DNA of 20,000 nucleotides from an uncultured virus (IMG/VR IMGVR_UViG_3300028241_002116) (IMGVR_UViG_3300028241_002116); one strand, 5' to 3'; numbered from the stretch's first letter, positions 8,690 through 17,390 are shown. Notes: generated from the sequence alone by a model not told the origin. Numbers and translations are program-made.

Positions 8690-10818
8690 ATGAATTAATT
8701 GATAAATATATAGGTCAAGGCTTTAAAATATTTCCATGTAATGCTGATAAATCTCCAGCGACACCTAACGGTTTCAAAAACGCACATAATAATAGAGAAA
8801 TATTATACAAGCAATTTTATAAACCTGATATGTTAATTGGTCTGCCTTGCGGTGATGTCAATGGTATAGTCGTAGTTGACATAGACACAAAAGACGGTAG
8901 ATCAGTTGACGAGCTAAAAGAAGAAATCAGGCAATATGGCGAACTTCCTCCAACGTATGAAGTTGAAACTATGAATGGAGGTCGGCATCTTTATTATAAA
9001 GTTGATACAACAATTCTCAGCGCACATACACACTTCTTTGATAAATCCCTTCCGGTTGACCTCAGAGGAAACGGCTCTTATGTAATCGCAGGAGACTATC
9101 GGAAATATTTTCCACTTGATGTCGAAGATATTGATGACATTAAGCAGTACATGGCTGAATTGCCGGACTGGATAGAGAATTATAAAAAGAAAAATGAATA
9201 CAATGAAACACCGGAAGGCGAGTTTTTACCGGAATCAGAGGTAAGAGAACTCAGATCCGCTTTATCGTTCATATCCTCAGATGATCGGGAAATGTGGGTT
9301 AATGTCGGTATGGCATTAAAAAACACAAGATCAGTTCAGGCAAAAGGTATCTGGCTTGAATGGTCTATGAAGTCTGAAAAGTTTGATCCGCTTGACTCTG
9401 AAAAAAAATGGAAAACATTCAAGCCCTCTGATATTACCATTGCAACCATATTTCACATTGCTAAACAAAATGGATGGGTTACGACTTATGAAAACACTCC
9501 AACGATTTTAAATGAATCGCAAATAAACGAAAAGATAAAAGAAATAAAAACTTATGAGAAGAAACCGTTTCCGGTGGAATTGCTTAATCCCCCTGGACTT
9601 GTCGGTGATATTGCAAATTACATGAATTCACAGGCTCAGAGGGAACAGCCGATATTGTCTGTAGCTGCGTCACTGGCTTTCTGCGGTGCAATAATGGGAC
9701 GCAGATTTCAAGACGCTACGCAGATGAGAACTAATTTATATTGTATCGGTATCGGTGAAACCGGATGCGGTAAGGAAAACGCAAGGTCTGTTATTAAGCG
9801 TATAGTCATGGAGTGCAACGATGCAAAGATGGAGAATTTTTGTATGGTTGAAAATATTGCTTCAGAAACAAGTGTTTACAGTGCATTATCTCTTGATCCC
9901 TGTCAGTTGTTTCTGCTTGATGAAATAGGAATATTTCTAAAAAGTACGCAGAATAATAACGCCTCTCACCTTGCCGGAGTTCCAGCGGTTTTACTAAAAT
10001 TGTTTACCTCTGCTAATCAATGGGTATCCGGTAAAAGTTATGCCGACACAAAAAAACAAATACATCTTAATAATCCTAATTTATGTATTTATGGAACTGC
10101 AACGCCTAAACAATTTTTTGACTCTCTGTCAAAAGATAACGTGGAGCAAGGACTTTTGGGCCGCTTGCTCGTTTTCGAGTCAGAAGATCCACGACCTCCA
10201 GCGAGACGGTTTGTTAAATTTCAAAGACCTCCGAAAGATTTAGTCGATCACGTTAAAAGAATATTTGCCACAAAACCAAACGCTAATCCGGTCGGGAACG
10301 TCAGTATAGTCGAGACAGTTGATCCCCTTATAGTTCCCATGACTCAGGAAGCGGAAGAAATGATGTGGAATTTTACACTTGAAATTGATGAATATTATTT
10401 AAAGATAAAAAATTCAGGTAAGATTTATGAACTATATACCAGGTGTGTAGAAATTGCTAAAAAAATTGCGATGATAATAGCAATCGGCTGTGCTAAAGAT
10501 GGCGAGACTCCGATTATTAAGCCTGAACATGTTGACTATGCTGTTAAATTGTCAAGATTTTTGACTGACTCATTGCATGATGCTGTTGAATCTAAAATAT
10601 CGGATAATACACTTGAAAAAGAAGTTAAGAAAATGCTTAATCTTATCAGAAACAGTAAAAAGATTTCTCAATCAGACATTACAAGAAAATTTCAGCATTT
10701 AAAATCAGCGGAAAGAAAAGATATAATACACACGCTGATCGAGTCAAAGCATATTGAAGAGTTTATTGATACAAGCTCTTCAAAGCCGAAAAGATTTTAT
10801 ATAGCAATAGGAGAGTGA
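8686..10818 (+). CDS. Bifunctional primase-polymerase (Prim-Pol) with PriCT-2 and C-terminal helicase-like (DUF3987-type) domain
   Basis: IFPC..KSP, VVVDID, T.NGGRHLYY, DLRGNGSYVI; WVNVGMALK..W.EWS..SEKF..KWKTF (PriCT-2); GETGCGKE Walker A, LLDEIG Walker B, GLLGR. Confidence 0.9.
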   Translation: MNELIDKYIGQGFKIFPCNADKSPATPNGFKNAHNNREILYKQFYKPDMLIGLPCGDVNGIVVVDIDTKDGRSVDELKEEIRQYGELPPTYEVETMNGGRHLYYKVDTTILSAHTHFFDKSLPVDLRGNGSYVIAGDYRKYFPLDVEDIDDIKQYMAELPDWIENYKKKNEYNETPEGEFLPESEVRELRSALSFISSDDREMWVNVGMALKNTRSVQAKGIWLEWSMKSEKFDPLDSEKKWKTFKPSDITIATIFHIAKQNGWVTTYENTPTILNESQINEKIKEIKTYEKKPFPVELLNPPGLVGDIANYMNSQAQREQPILSVAASLAFCGAIMGRRFQDATQMRTNLYCIGIGETGCGKENARSVIKRIVMECNDAKMENFCMVENIASETSVYSALSLDPCQLFLLDEIGIFLKSTQNNNASHLAGVPAVLLKLFTSANQWVSGKSYADTKKQIHLNNPNLCIYGTATPKQFFDSLSKDNVEQGLLGRLLVFESEDPRPPARRFVKFQRPPKDLVDHVKRIFATKPNANPVGNVSIVETVDPLIVPMTQEAEEMMWNFTLEIDEYYLKIKNSGKIYELYTRCVEIAKKIAMIIAIGCAKDGETPIIKPEHVDYAVKLSRFLTDSLHDAVESKISDNTLEKEVKKMLNLIRNSKKISQSDITRKFQHLKSAERKDIIHTLIESKHIEEFIDTSSSKPKRFYIAIGE

Positions 10819-10822
10819 AAAC

Positions 10823-11407
10823 ATGAAAACAAAAATACTATGGCTTGATACTGAGACAACCGGAATTGATCCTTCGTTGCACTCGATAATAGAAATTGCC
10901 GGAATAATTGATATTGACGGAGTTCCAGAAAAAGAATTTTCATACAAGGTTCAGCCTCATAAAGATTTTGAAATTGATGAAGAGGCTTTGAATATTTCAA
11001 AAACTAAAAAGTCTGAGTTAAAAAATTATCTCGATATACCCACTGTTCATTCCTCACTGAAAAAGAATTTTTGTGAATTTGTCGATCCCTATAAAAAAGA
11101 AGATAAATTTATAATTGCAGGGCAGAAAATATCTTTTGACCTGAATTTTCTTTCTCATTTTTTTATGAGGCAAAACGACAATTTCTTAGGCTCTTATATT
11201 GATTTCAGAAAGAGAATAGAGCTACTGGATATAACCAGGGGACTCAGGGCTTTAGGGATAATAGAATCTCAGGATTCTAAGCTTGAAACGCTATGTAAAG
11301 AGTTCGGGATTGAAATTAAAGCCCATAGCGCACTATCAGATATAAAAGCTACAAGGGAGTTGTATTATATTTTTAAAAATGGAATAAATTTTAAGGTAGA
11401 GATATGA
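10823..11407 (+). CDS. DEDDh 3'-5' exonuclease (DnaQ-like)
   Basis: WLDTETTG, FDLNFL and AHSALSDI. Confidence 0.92.
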   Translation: MKTKILWLDTETTGIDPSLHSIIEIAGIIDIDGVPEKEFSYKVQPHKDFEIDEEALNISKTKKSELKNYLDIPTVHSSLKKNFCEFVDPYKKEDKFIIAGQKISFDLNFLSHFFMRQNDNFLGSYIDFRKRIELLDITRGLRALGIIESQDSKLETLCKEFGIEIKAHSALSDIKATRELYYIFKNGINFKVEI

Positions 11408-12426
11408 TACAATTATATAAAGGTGACTGTCTTGAAATAATGAAAATAATACCTGATAAGAGTGTAGATTTAATAATAGCCGATCCTCCTTATAATATTG
11501 GTAAAGCCGATTGGGATAAATGGAAAACTAAAGAAGATTATATTGAATGGTGCGGTTTATGGATTAAAGAAAGTGAAAGGCTTTTAAAAGATAATGGAAG
11601 TTTTTATTTTTTTCACAATGACATGACTCAAATAGCGATGCTTATGGAGTGGATAAGAAAAAACACTAAATTTGTTTTTAAGCAAATGATAGTATGGAAC
11701 AAAAGATTTGATAACGCAAAAAATAAAGGATTCTTAGATGGTTTTGTTGAAGTTGGAGGTTTGCGTAATTATCAAACAATGGCTGAATATTGTTTATTTT
11801 ATACTTTTCAAGATGAAACAGGATTAACTACGGTAATGCTTGATACAAATAATTTTAGCCCATTACGACAATATTTTAAAGATTTACAGGAATTTATTGG
11901 TTTAAATATAAAAGAAATAAATAAAAAATTAGGGCATAGAAAATCGGAACATGCTTTTTATTGGAAAACAACTCAATGGGATTTACCGACACCGGAAACG
12001 TATCAAGAATTAATCAATAGCTTCAATATAGATAAATGGGTTGCTTTTAGAGAATATGAATCGCTCCGGACAGAATATGAATCGCTCCGGACAGAATATG
12101 AATCGCTCCGGACAGAATATGAATCGCTCCGGTATATTTTTAATAACCAAAAAACACATCATTCAATATGGAATTATGAAATTGCAAAAAAGCAAGGACA
12201 CATAACGCCGAAGCCAATTGAACTCTTGGAAAACATTATTCTACATTCGAGCAATATAGATAATATTATTTTCGATCCTTTTATGGGTTCAGGCAGTACC
12301 GGAGTCGCTTGTGTAAATACAAATCGTAATTTTATCGGCATAGAAAAAGATAAAACTTATTTTGAGATAGCCAAGAAAAGAATTGATGAAGCTGAACAAA
12401 ATAAAAAGGAGGAGTTGTTTAAATGA
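11404..12426 (+). CDS. Beta-class N6-adenine/N4-cytosine DNA methyltransferase
   Basis: GDCLE, IADPPY, H.TPKP, DPFMGSGSTG and FIGIE; internal insertion carrying a heptad repeat. Confidence 0.93.
   Translation: MIQLYKGDCLEIMKIIPDKSVDLIIADPPYNIGKADWDKWKTKEDYIEWCGLWIKESERLLKDNGSFYFFHNDMTQIAMLMEWIRKNTKFVFKQMIVWNKRFDNAKNKGFLDGFVEVGGLRNYQTMAEYCLFYTFQDETGLTTVMLDTNNFSPLRQYFKDLQEFIGLNIKEINKKLGHRKSEHAFYWKTTQWDLPTPETYQELINSFNIDKWVAFREYESLRTEYESLRTEYESLRTEYESLRYIFNNQKTHHSIWNYEIAKKQGHITPKPIELLENIILHSSNIDNIIFDPFMGSGSTGVACVNTNRNFIGIEKDKTYFEIAKKRIDEAEQNKKEELFK
12051..12132 (+). repeat. 21-bp in-frame tandem repeat, 3 full copies plus 19/21
   Basis: agaatatgaatcgctccggac repeated; encodes EYESLRT. Confidence 0.95.
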
Positions 12427-12464
12427 CACAATTAAATCCCTGTCCATTTTACGAAGTGGAATAA
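12423..12464 (+). pseudogene. Possible remnant of a Lar-like Zn-finger gene
   Basis: Strong aggagg RBS and ATGA coupling, but only 13 aa (MTQLNPCPFYEVE). Resembles the L.PCPFCG start of Lar-family proteins. Confidence 0.35.
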
Positions 12465-12504
12465 AAGAACTTAATATTTTTTTCCTAAATAGTGAAAAAT
12501 TTTC

Positions 12505-12534
12505 TTGACATAACGATTTAATTAACGGTAATGT
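12505..12534 (+). promoter_or_regulatory. Sigma70 promoter
   Basis: TTGACA-18 bp-TAATGT, followed by aggag RBS. Confidence 0.6.
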
Positions 12535-12558
12535 TTATTAAAAAGGAGAGAGAAATAT

Positions 12559-12825
12559 ATGCCAAAATATTCACAACCTACACCGAAACAGATTAACTTT
12601 CTGGTAGAAACCGGAAGAGAATTTTCTCAGAGTATAGATCTGTCGGATTTTAAAGACGCTGAAACTCTCCCAGACAGAATGTTTTCTTTTGTCTGTGATA
12701 AAATTCTTAAATCTGAAGATAACGAAATTAAGATCGAGTTGTCACGGTTTTTAATGTTCAGAGGATATTCAGAGTTTATCAGTGTTTCGACAAAAGCATC
12801 ACTAATGGCACTCAAGGAAATGTAA
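12559..12825 (+). CDS. Hypothetical protein
   Basis: RBS aaggag and an upstream promoter. Confidence 0.7.
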   Translation: MPKYSQPTPKQINFLVETGREFSQSIDLSDFKDAETLPDRMFSFVCDKILKSEDNEIKIELSRFLMFRGYSEFISVSTKASLMALKEM

Positions 12826-12882
12826 TGCAATTTTACATTCTGCATAAAGACTGCTGGAATTTATTTTTTATAATCGAGGGAC

Positions 12883-13143
12883 ATGATGGTTAAGATTTCT
12901 GATCTCGAAAAAATAAGCAACAACCTGGAAAAATTGGAATATAAGATTTACAGTAAAATTCCAGAAATGTTTATTTTCAGGAAAGAGGGGAGCAGATTTG
13001 ACGTTGACTTAGAAACGCATGAAGTCAGATTTTATAAAAAGTTCCAGACTCAGAATAAATACAGGCATTGTAAAACTTATAGCTTCTCTGAATTTGCTGT
13101 TATCTCAGGGGACTGGATTAAGAAAAATTTAAAAGGAGAGTGA
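12883..13143 (+). CDS. Hypothetical protein
   Basis: gaggg RBS; coupled to the next ORF. Confidence 0.6.
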   Translation: MMVKISDLEKISNNLEKLEYKIYSKIPEMFIFRKEGSRFDVDLETHEVRFYKKFQTQNKYRHCKTYSFSEFAVISGDWIKKNLKGE

Positions 13144-13331
13144 AATTTATGAAAAACATCGACATGAAAGTAGAGGGAAACATTCTTACGATTAAAATTG
13201 ATTTATCAAAAGATTATGGTAAATCGTCCACTGGTAAAAGTATAATAATTGCCAGTACGGAAGGTAATCAGTCCGTTCCTGAATCTGATGCAAAGATCGG
13301 AGTTAATGTTTACAGGAAAGTTGAAAAGTGA
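13140..13331 (+). CDS. Small beta-rich hypothetical protein
   Basis: aaggag RBS; ILTIKIDLSK.YG.S.TGKSIIIAST.GN pattern. Confidence 0.7.
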   Translation: MKFMKNIDMKVEGNILTIKIDLSKDYGKSSTGKSIIIASTEGNQSVPESDAKIGVNVYRKVEK

Positions 13332-13504
13332 CTGAATACAACTATGGATCAATAGTCAACTCTCTCTGGAAATTATACGGAGAGAGAATGACTGATTGGG
13401 AGAGCGGTTTTATTGACGATATGATGAACTGGAAGGGTGAGTTTACAGATCGCCAGAAAGAAACCATTTTATCTATAAACAGAAAATACAGGGTGAAGAG
13501 ATGA
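13328..13504 (+). CDS. Small hypothetical protein (58 aa)
   Basis: GTGA overlap; ...MTDWESGFIDDMMNWKGEFTDRQKETI... Confidence 0.6.
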   Translation: MTEYNYGSIVNSLWKLYGERMTDWESGFIDDMMNWKGEFTDRQKETILSINRKYRVKR

Positions 13505-13653
13505 AAGTAATTCAAATTGTAGAATATAAAACAAGTTCTGTGGTTAAAGAAATAGATGTTACAGGAAAACTCGAAAGACAGATTGAAAAAATAGATTCAG
13601 GAATAAATATAAACCTGAATCACGAAAAATTTTTTACGAGAATAAAAGAATAA
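13501..13653 (+). CDS. Small hypothetical protein (50 aa)
   Basis: ATGA overlap; MKVIQIVEYKTSSVVKEIDVTGK... Confidence 0.6.
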   Translation: MKVIQIVEYKTSSVVKEIDVTGKLERQIEKIDSGININLNHEKFFTRIKE

Positions 13654-13666
13654 AAAAAGAGAGAAT

Positions 13667-14134
13667 ATGAGTAATTTTGATAAAAACAGATTCGATTCAA
13701 AATCAATAGAATATGAAACACCAGACAGTTTATTCCAGAAATTAAATAGAGAATTTAATTTTACGGTAGATGTTTGTGCCACAAAAGAAAATACTAAAGT
13801 TCCTTTTAAATATTTTACAAAAGAAAATAATGGACTTATTCAAGATTGGAAAAATGAAGTTTGTTGGATGAATCCTCCTTATGGAAGAGAAATGTTATTT
13901 TGGCTAAAAAAGGCGAAATATGAATCCGAAAACAATAACAGTATAATTGTAGCTTTAATCCCTGCAAGAACTAATACTAAATGGTGGGGGGAAATATGTT
14001 TACAATCTTCTGAAATACGATTTATTCAAGGAAGACCAAAATTTAATAATGGAAAACATGGTTTGCCTTTTCCTCTGGCTATTATTGTTTTTAATGGTAA
14101 TAAAAATTGCAAAATGAGTTGTTTTAAGCAGTAA
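13667..14134 (+). CDS. Phage N6-adenine DNA methyltransferase (phage Dam-like)
   Basis: YETP..LF..L..EF.FTVDVCA, W..EVCWMNPPY, LIPARTNT.WW and IRFI.GR.KF. Confidence 0.9.
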   Translation: MSNFDKNRFDSKSIEYETPDSLFQKLNREFNFTVDVCATKENTKVPFKYFTKENNGLIQDWKNEVCWMNPPYGREMLFWLKKAKYESENNNSIIVALIPARTNTKWWGEICLQSSEIRFIQGRPKFNNGKHGLPFPLAIIVFNGNKNCKMSCFKQ

Positions 14135-14137
14135 CAT

Positions 14138-14171
14138 CACTTAATTGCCCTTTTGTGATTAAGTGTTTTTT
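14138..14171 (+). terminator. Rho-independent terminator
   Basis: cacttaattgc-cctttt-gtgattaagtg stem followed by T6, directly after the stop codon. Confidence 0.65.
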
Positions 14172-14298
14172 GAGAATACCTATATACGGCTTTCAGACTG
14201 CATATAAAGCACGATATAAAGCCCTATTTTTATCAATATCAAGGGGATTGTTTTAAAATTTTAGACTTAATACAGATTAAACCAAAAGGAGGTTTTTG

Positions 14299-14463
14299 AT
14301 GAGATACCACAGCAGTAATTATTACGACAGACCTAATCCTCACTCTTTCGGAGATACCGGAACTATGCACAGACAGCAGAAAGCAGAAAAAGAGGAGTTT
14401 AAAAGAGAAGAGATGCAAAAAGAATTAAACCAGGAAGACAGAGAGGAGAAGGTAAAGAAATGA
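14299..14463 (+). CDS. Small charged hypothetical protein (54 aa)
   Basis: AAGGAGG RBS; MRYHSSNYYDRPNPHSFGDTG...; ATGA-coupled to the next gene. Confidence 0.7.
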   Translation: MRYHSSNYYDRPNPHSFGDTGTMHRQQKAEKEEFKREEMQKELNQEDREEKVKK

Positions 14464-14669
14464 AAAAATTTAAAATACCCGATCCCCCGAAAGGTATGAT
14501 GTATAACACAGATAAAAGAAAAATAGATATAGTCGCAGATGGTCTGCAAAAGACCGGAGGGTATTGCCCTTGTGTTCCGAAGCATCTGCATAATATTTCA
14601 ACTAAGTGTCCGTGTGTTGACGCAAAAGTTGAAAATAATTGCAGATGCGGAATTTTTATTAAAGCATAA
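14460..14669 (+). CDS. Ferredoxin-thioredoxin reductase catalytic-subunit-like protein
   Basis: GYCPC...CPC...CRCGIF mirrors the CPC/CPC/CHC 4Fe-4S signature. Confidence 0.75.
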   Translation: MKKFKIPDPPKGMMYNTDKRKIDIVADGLQKTGGYCPCVPKHLHNISTKCPCVDAKVENNCRCGIFIKA

Positions 14670-14713
14670 ATAAATAATTTTCCGATAATAAAAATAAAAG
14701 ACAGGAGGTTACA

Positions 14714-14950
14714 TTGAAAAAGTTATTTCGCAGAAACGATTCAGTAATTACATGTAAAAAGTGTAGACAAAAAACAGAAATAGGTTATAACTTTCTACAG
14801 ACTGAGAGTTATGAAGCGTTCACGGAAGAAATGAAAAAAGAAAGTCTATGTCCTAAATGTCTTATGAGGCGTAAAATTGATGCAATGGTTGAGCATGATC
14901 CAGTGCTGATTGAAACAGCAAAAAACATGATAGGAGTTGGTGTGATATGA
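14714..14950 (+). CDS. Hypothetical Zn-binding protein
   Basis: AGGAGG RBS, TTG start, CKKC...CPKC. Confidence 0.65.
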   Translation: MKKLFRRNDSVITCKKCRQKTEIGYNFLQTESYEAFTEEMKKESLCPKCLMRRKIDAMVEHDPVLIETAKNMIGVGVI

Positions 14951-15141
14951 ACGAGAAAGAAATTATAATTGAAAGCAAATTGGAAACAAAAGCGCATGAC
15001 ATTGATTATCTTCTGAATTGCGCTAACTGTTTTCATTTTATATTCTTTGCAGGATCTGACTGTGTATGTGTCCTGGATAAAAAGATTGTAAATCCACGTT
15101 CAAAATGCGACAAGCACAGGATAAACAGAGATGATAACTAA
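14947..15141 (+). CDS. Hypothetical Cys-rich protein
   Basis: CANC..C..C pattern; ATGA overlap. Confidence 0.55.
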   Translation: MNEKEIIIESKLETKAHDIDYLLNCANCFHFIFFAGSDCVCVLDKKIVNPRSKCDKHRINRDDN

Positions 15142-15298
15142 GATATTTTTCGGGTTATGGGCTTTTGCGAGTATATATTTTTTATACTCAGACAGTATTT
15201 TCGGATTGATACTATTTGCAGTCTGTTTTCTCGCTGTTATTTTTTGTTTATTACATAAGCTTGTTAAAACTACAAAAGGGAGGATTATAATAAAATGA
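15131..15298 (+). CDS. Small protein with two predicted membrane helices (55 aa)
   Basis: MITKIFFGLWAFASIYFLYSDSIFGLILFAVCFLAVIFCLLHKLVKTTKGRIIIK. Confidence 0.55.
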   Translation: MITKIFFGLWAFASIYFLYSDSIFGLILFAVCFLAVIFCLLHKLVKTTKGRIIIK

Positions 15299-15453
15299 GT
15301 ATAATTGAAATTTTTATTTTTTTGCTAATAATGGGTGTCACTGCAACAATAGCGGAGGGTTCAGGATACAAAAAAGGGAGATCGGATAAATTGCAGGAAA
15401 TTAAATTCAGACTTAAAGGAGTTCTGACAGATGAAGAAATGGAAAATCTTTGA
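15295..15453 (+). CDS. Small membrane-anchored protein (52 aa)
   Basis: ggagg RBS, ATGA overlap; MSIIEIFIFLLIMGVTATIAEGSGYKKG... Confidence 0.6.
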   Translation: MSIIEIFIFLLIMGVTATIAEGSGYKKGRSDKLQEIKFRLKGVLTDEEMENL

Positions 15454-15847
15454 TTTCCTGAAACGCAGACACGATCTGAAATTAGCAATTATTGAAAGAG
15501 AACGAACTCAGGCTACAAAGGAACGGCTTTTACTCATAAGGCAACACGAAAAAGAGATGTTGCGACAGAAAGAAGATTTAAAAAAAGAATTCGATAAGCA
15601 CCTAAACGAAAGCTTAGAGGCAAAAGATAGCCAGATCAGAGACTTAAAAAAGCTGATCCGGTTTATAAAAAATTCATCCGAAAATATTCAGATATTGAGC
15701 AACGAATTTGAAATTGAGTTAAAATCTCTGCTTGTTATACTCGGCAAAATGCAAAACAGATTCAGTAATATCGAGCATAGAGCTTTTAGAGAAACTCAAA
15801 AGCTGGAAAAGAAAGTGGATAGATTTTTACAGGAAGATCCTGTATAA
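15431..15847 (+). CDS. Coiled-coil hypothetical protein
   Basis: 138-aa E/K/R/L-rich ORF within the operon. Confidence 0.65.
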   Translation: MKKWKIFDFLKRRHDLKLAIIERERTQATKERLLLIRQHEKEMLRQKEDLKKEFDKHLNESLEAKDSQIRDLKKLIRFIKNSSENIQILSNEFEIELKSLLVILGKMQNRFSNIEHRAFRETQKLEKKVDRFLQEDPV

Positions 15848-15873
15848 TATTACTTAATGGAGATTATGGAATA

Positions 15874-16020
15874 ATGGAAATAATTGAGGTGAAACAATAT
15901 CGAAGTGAAAATAGAAAAGTTAATCAATCCTGTGACAAGGTACGAGTAATATTAGATATGACCCAAAATGATTATTACAAGTTATTGACTTTCATAAAAC
16001 AGGAGGAGAGCGATGAGTGA
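15874..16020 (+). CDS. Small hypothetical protein (48 aa)
   Basis: MEIIEVKQYRSENRK...; overlaps the start of the next gene. Confidence 0.5.
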   Translation: MEIIEVKQYRSENRKVNQSCDKVRVILDMTQNDYYKLLTFIKQEESDE

Positions 16021-16276
16021 ATTAAAAGAAGAGGTATTTCTGATAAATAAATTAAAAAACAATTGCTTAGTAAAATTAAGAGAAAATTGTCATAAAGAAC
16101 ACTGGAAAACTCTAACTAAAGATGATTGTATAAATAGAATACATGAAGAATTAACGGAATTATTAAATGCTATAGATTGGAATAAAAATCCAGAAGAAGT
16201 TTGGAGAGAAGCTTCCGATGTTTGTAATTTTTTAGCTTTTCTTGCCGATAATTACGAAAATAATATAATTACTTAA
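16013..16276 (+). CDS. MazG-like NTP pyrophosphohydrolase-domain protein
   Basis: RIHEELTEL...REASDVCNF (EExxE...ExxD); aggagg RBS. Confidence 0.65.
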   Translation: MSELKEEVFLINKLKNNCLVKLRENCHKEHWKTLTKDDCINRIHEELTELLNAIDWNKNPEEVWREASDVCNFLAFLADNYENNIIT

Positions 16277-16316
16277 CTTATATTACGTAATATAAAATAA
16301 AAATGAGAAAAATTAG

Positions 16317-16424
16317 ATGGAAATAAAAACTTGTGATAATTGTGATAATAAAAATTGTTTTTTAACAATTAAACCATGTTACAATTTCTTTATGTGGTAT
16401 AAGGAAAAAAACCATGACAGATAA
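16317..16424 (+). CDS. Possible Cys-rich micro-protein (35 aa)
   Basis: MEIKTCDNCDNKNCFLTIKPCYNFFMWYKEKNHDR; fills the gap but the RBS is weak. Confidence 0.35.
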   Translation: MEIKTCDNCDNKNCFLTIKPCYNFFMWYKEKNHDR

Positions 16425-17277
16425 CCTCCCGATTGTTAAAACCCAGGAACAGCCGATTGATCTACCAGCAGTGGTAGATCGTTTGCGTTTAACGCCTGAG
16501 ACTAAGAAAACGTATAAATTCGCCATGAATTCTTACCGGAATTATTGCCAGAAACATAAAAAAGAAGCTGATATGAATTCTCTACTGGACTGGATTGAAT
16601 CAATGCCCTCTCCCTATACGCAAGCCACTTATATTGCAGCGATTAAAAAGGTATTATCTGAGGTCTATAAATACGATCCACGTCTTGTAGAATTAAAAGA
16701 TAACCTTGAGAAAATAAGACCTGTAAAGATGAATAAAACTATAACTGAGTCAAAATATCTTAAAAAAGATGAAATCCAGGAGATTATTAAACTTGCATCA
16801 CCCAAAATAAGCATAATAATCGAGACTTTATTCATTACCGGACTTAGAATATCTGAGTTAATTAACCTGAAGTATGAAAATTGCACTCTTTTAAAAAATA
16901 AAAAAATATATGAATGCAGAATTATCGGTAAAGGAAGAAAAGAAAATGTAGTTCTAATTCCTGTAATATTGTATAAAAAAATCACAAAAAATTTTGAAGG
17001 GATTAACAATTCTGTTTACCTGTTTTCGCATGACTCTGGAAAAAGGTATTCAAGGGAATATTTAACCAGAGAGATTAAAAAAATGGGTGAGGCAATTGGT
17101 AGACCTGAAATTCATGCACATACCATAAGACATTCAAGAGCGATGGATTTAGCCGATAGAGGAGTAAGTCTTGATAAAATAAGTAAATTTTTAAATCATT
17201 CGTCAATTAATACAACTGCTGGATTTTACCTTCATGATCGTCCGAGTGCAGAAGAGTTAGGTTTATTGGATGAGTAG
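16414..17277 (+). CDS. Tyrosine recombinase (XerC/D-like size)
   Basis: TGLRISEL (R), GKGRKE (K), HTIRHS (HxxR), LNHSSINTTAGFY (H, Y). Confidence 0.92.
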   Translation: MTDNLPIVKTQEQPIDLPAVVDRLRLTPETKKTYKFAMNSYRNYCQKHKKEADMNSLLDWIESMPSPYTQATYIAAIKKVLSEVYKYDPRLVELKDNLEKIRPVKMNKTITESKYLKKDEIQEIIKLASPKISIIIETLFITGLRISELINLKYENCTLLKNKKIYECRIIGKGRKENVVLIPVILYKKITKNFEGINNSVYLFSHDSGKRYSREYLTREIKKMGEAIGRPEIHAHTIRHSRAMDLADRGVSLDKISKFLNHSSINTTAGFYLHDRPSAEELGLLDE

Positions 17278-17366
17278 TAATTTTTTACTTGACTTTTATA
17301 TTAAAAAATAGTTATATATTATCAAGACAACACTTTTTCATTAAAAACTCTCCTTTTTTTGCAGAG

Positions 17367-17390
17367 AAGCCCTGATTTTAGGGCTTTTTT
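17367..17390 (+). terminator. Rho-independent terminator between convergent units
   Basis: aagccctg-attt-tagggctt followed by T-rich sequence; overlaps the C5-MTase stop. Confidence 0.65.

Noticed and set aside
8040..8700. Group I intron around the HNH gene
   Set aside because: The flanking genes appear intact and no P7 or other core intron elements were recognised.
12051..12132. CRISPR-like array
   Set aside because: Head-to-tail repeats without spacers, in frame inside a CDS.
15131..15847. Holin/spanin lysis cassette
   Set aside because: Small membrane proteins are present, but there is no endolysin or lipobox and the context is an early operon.
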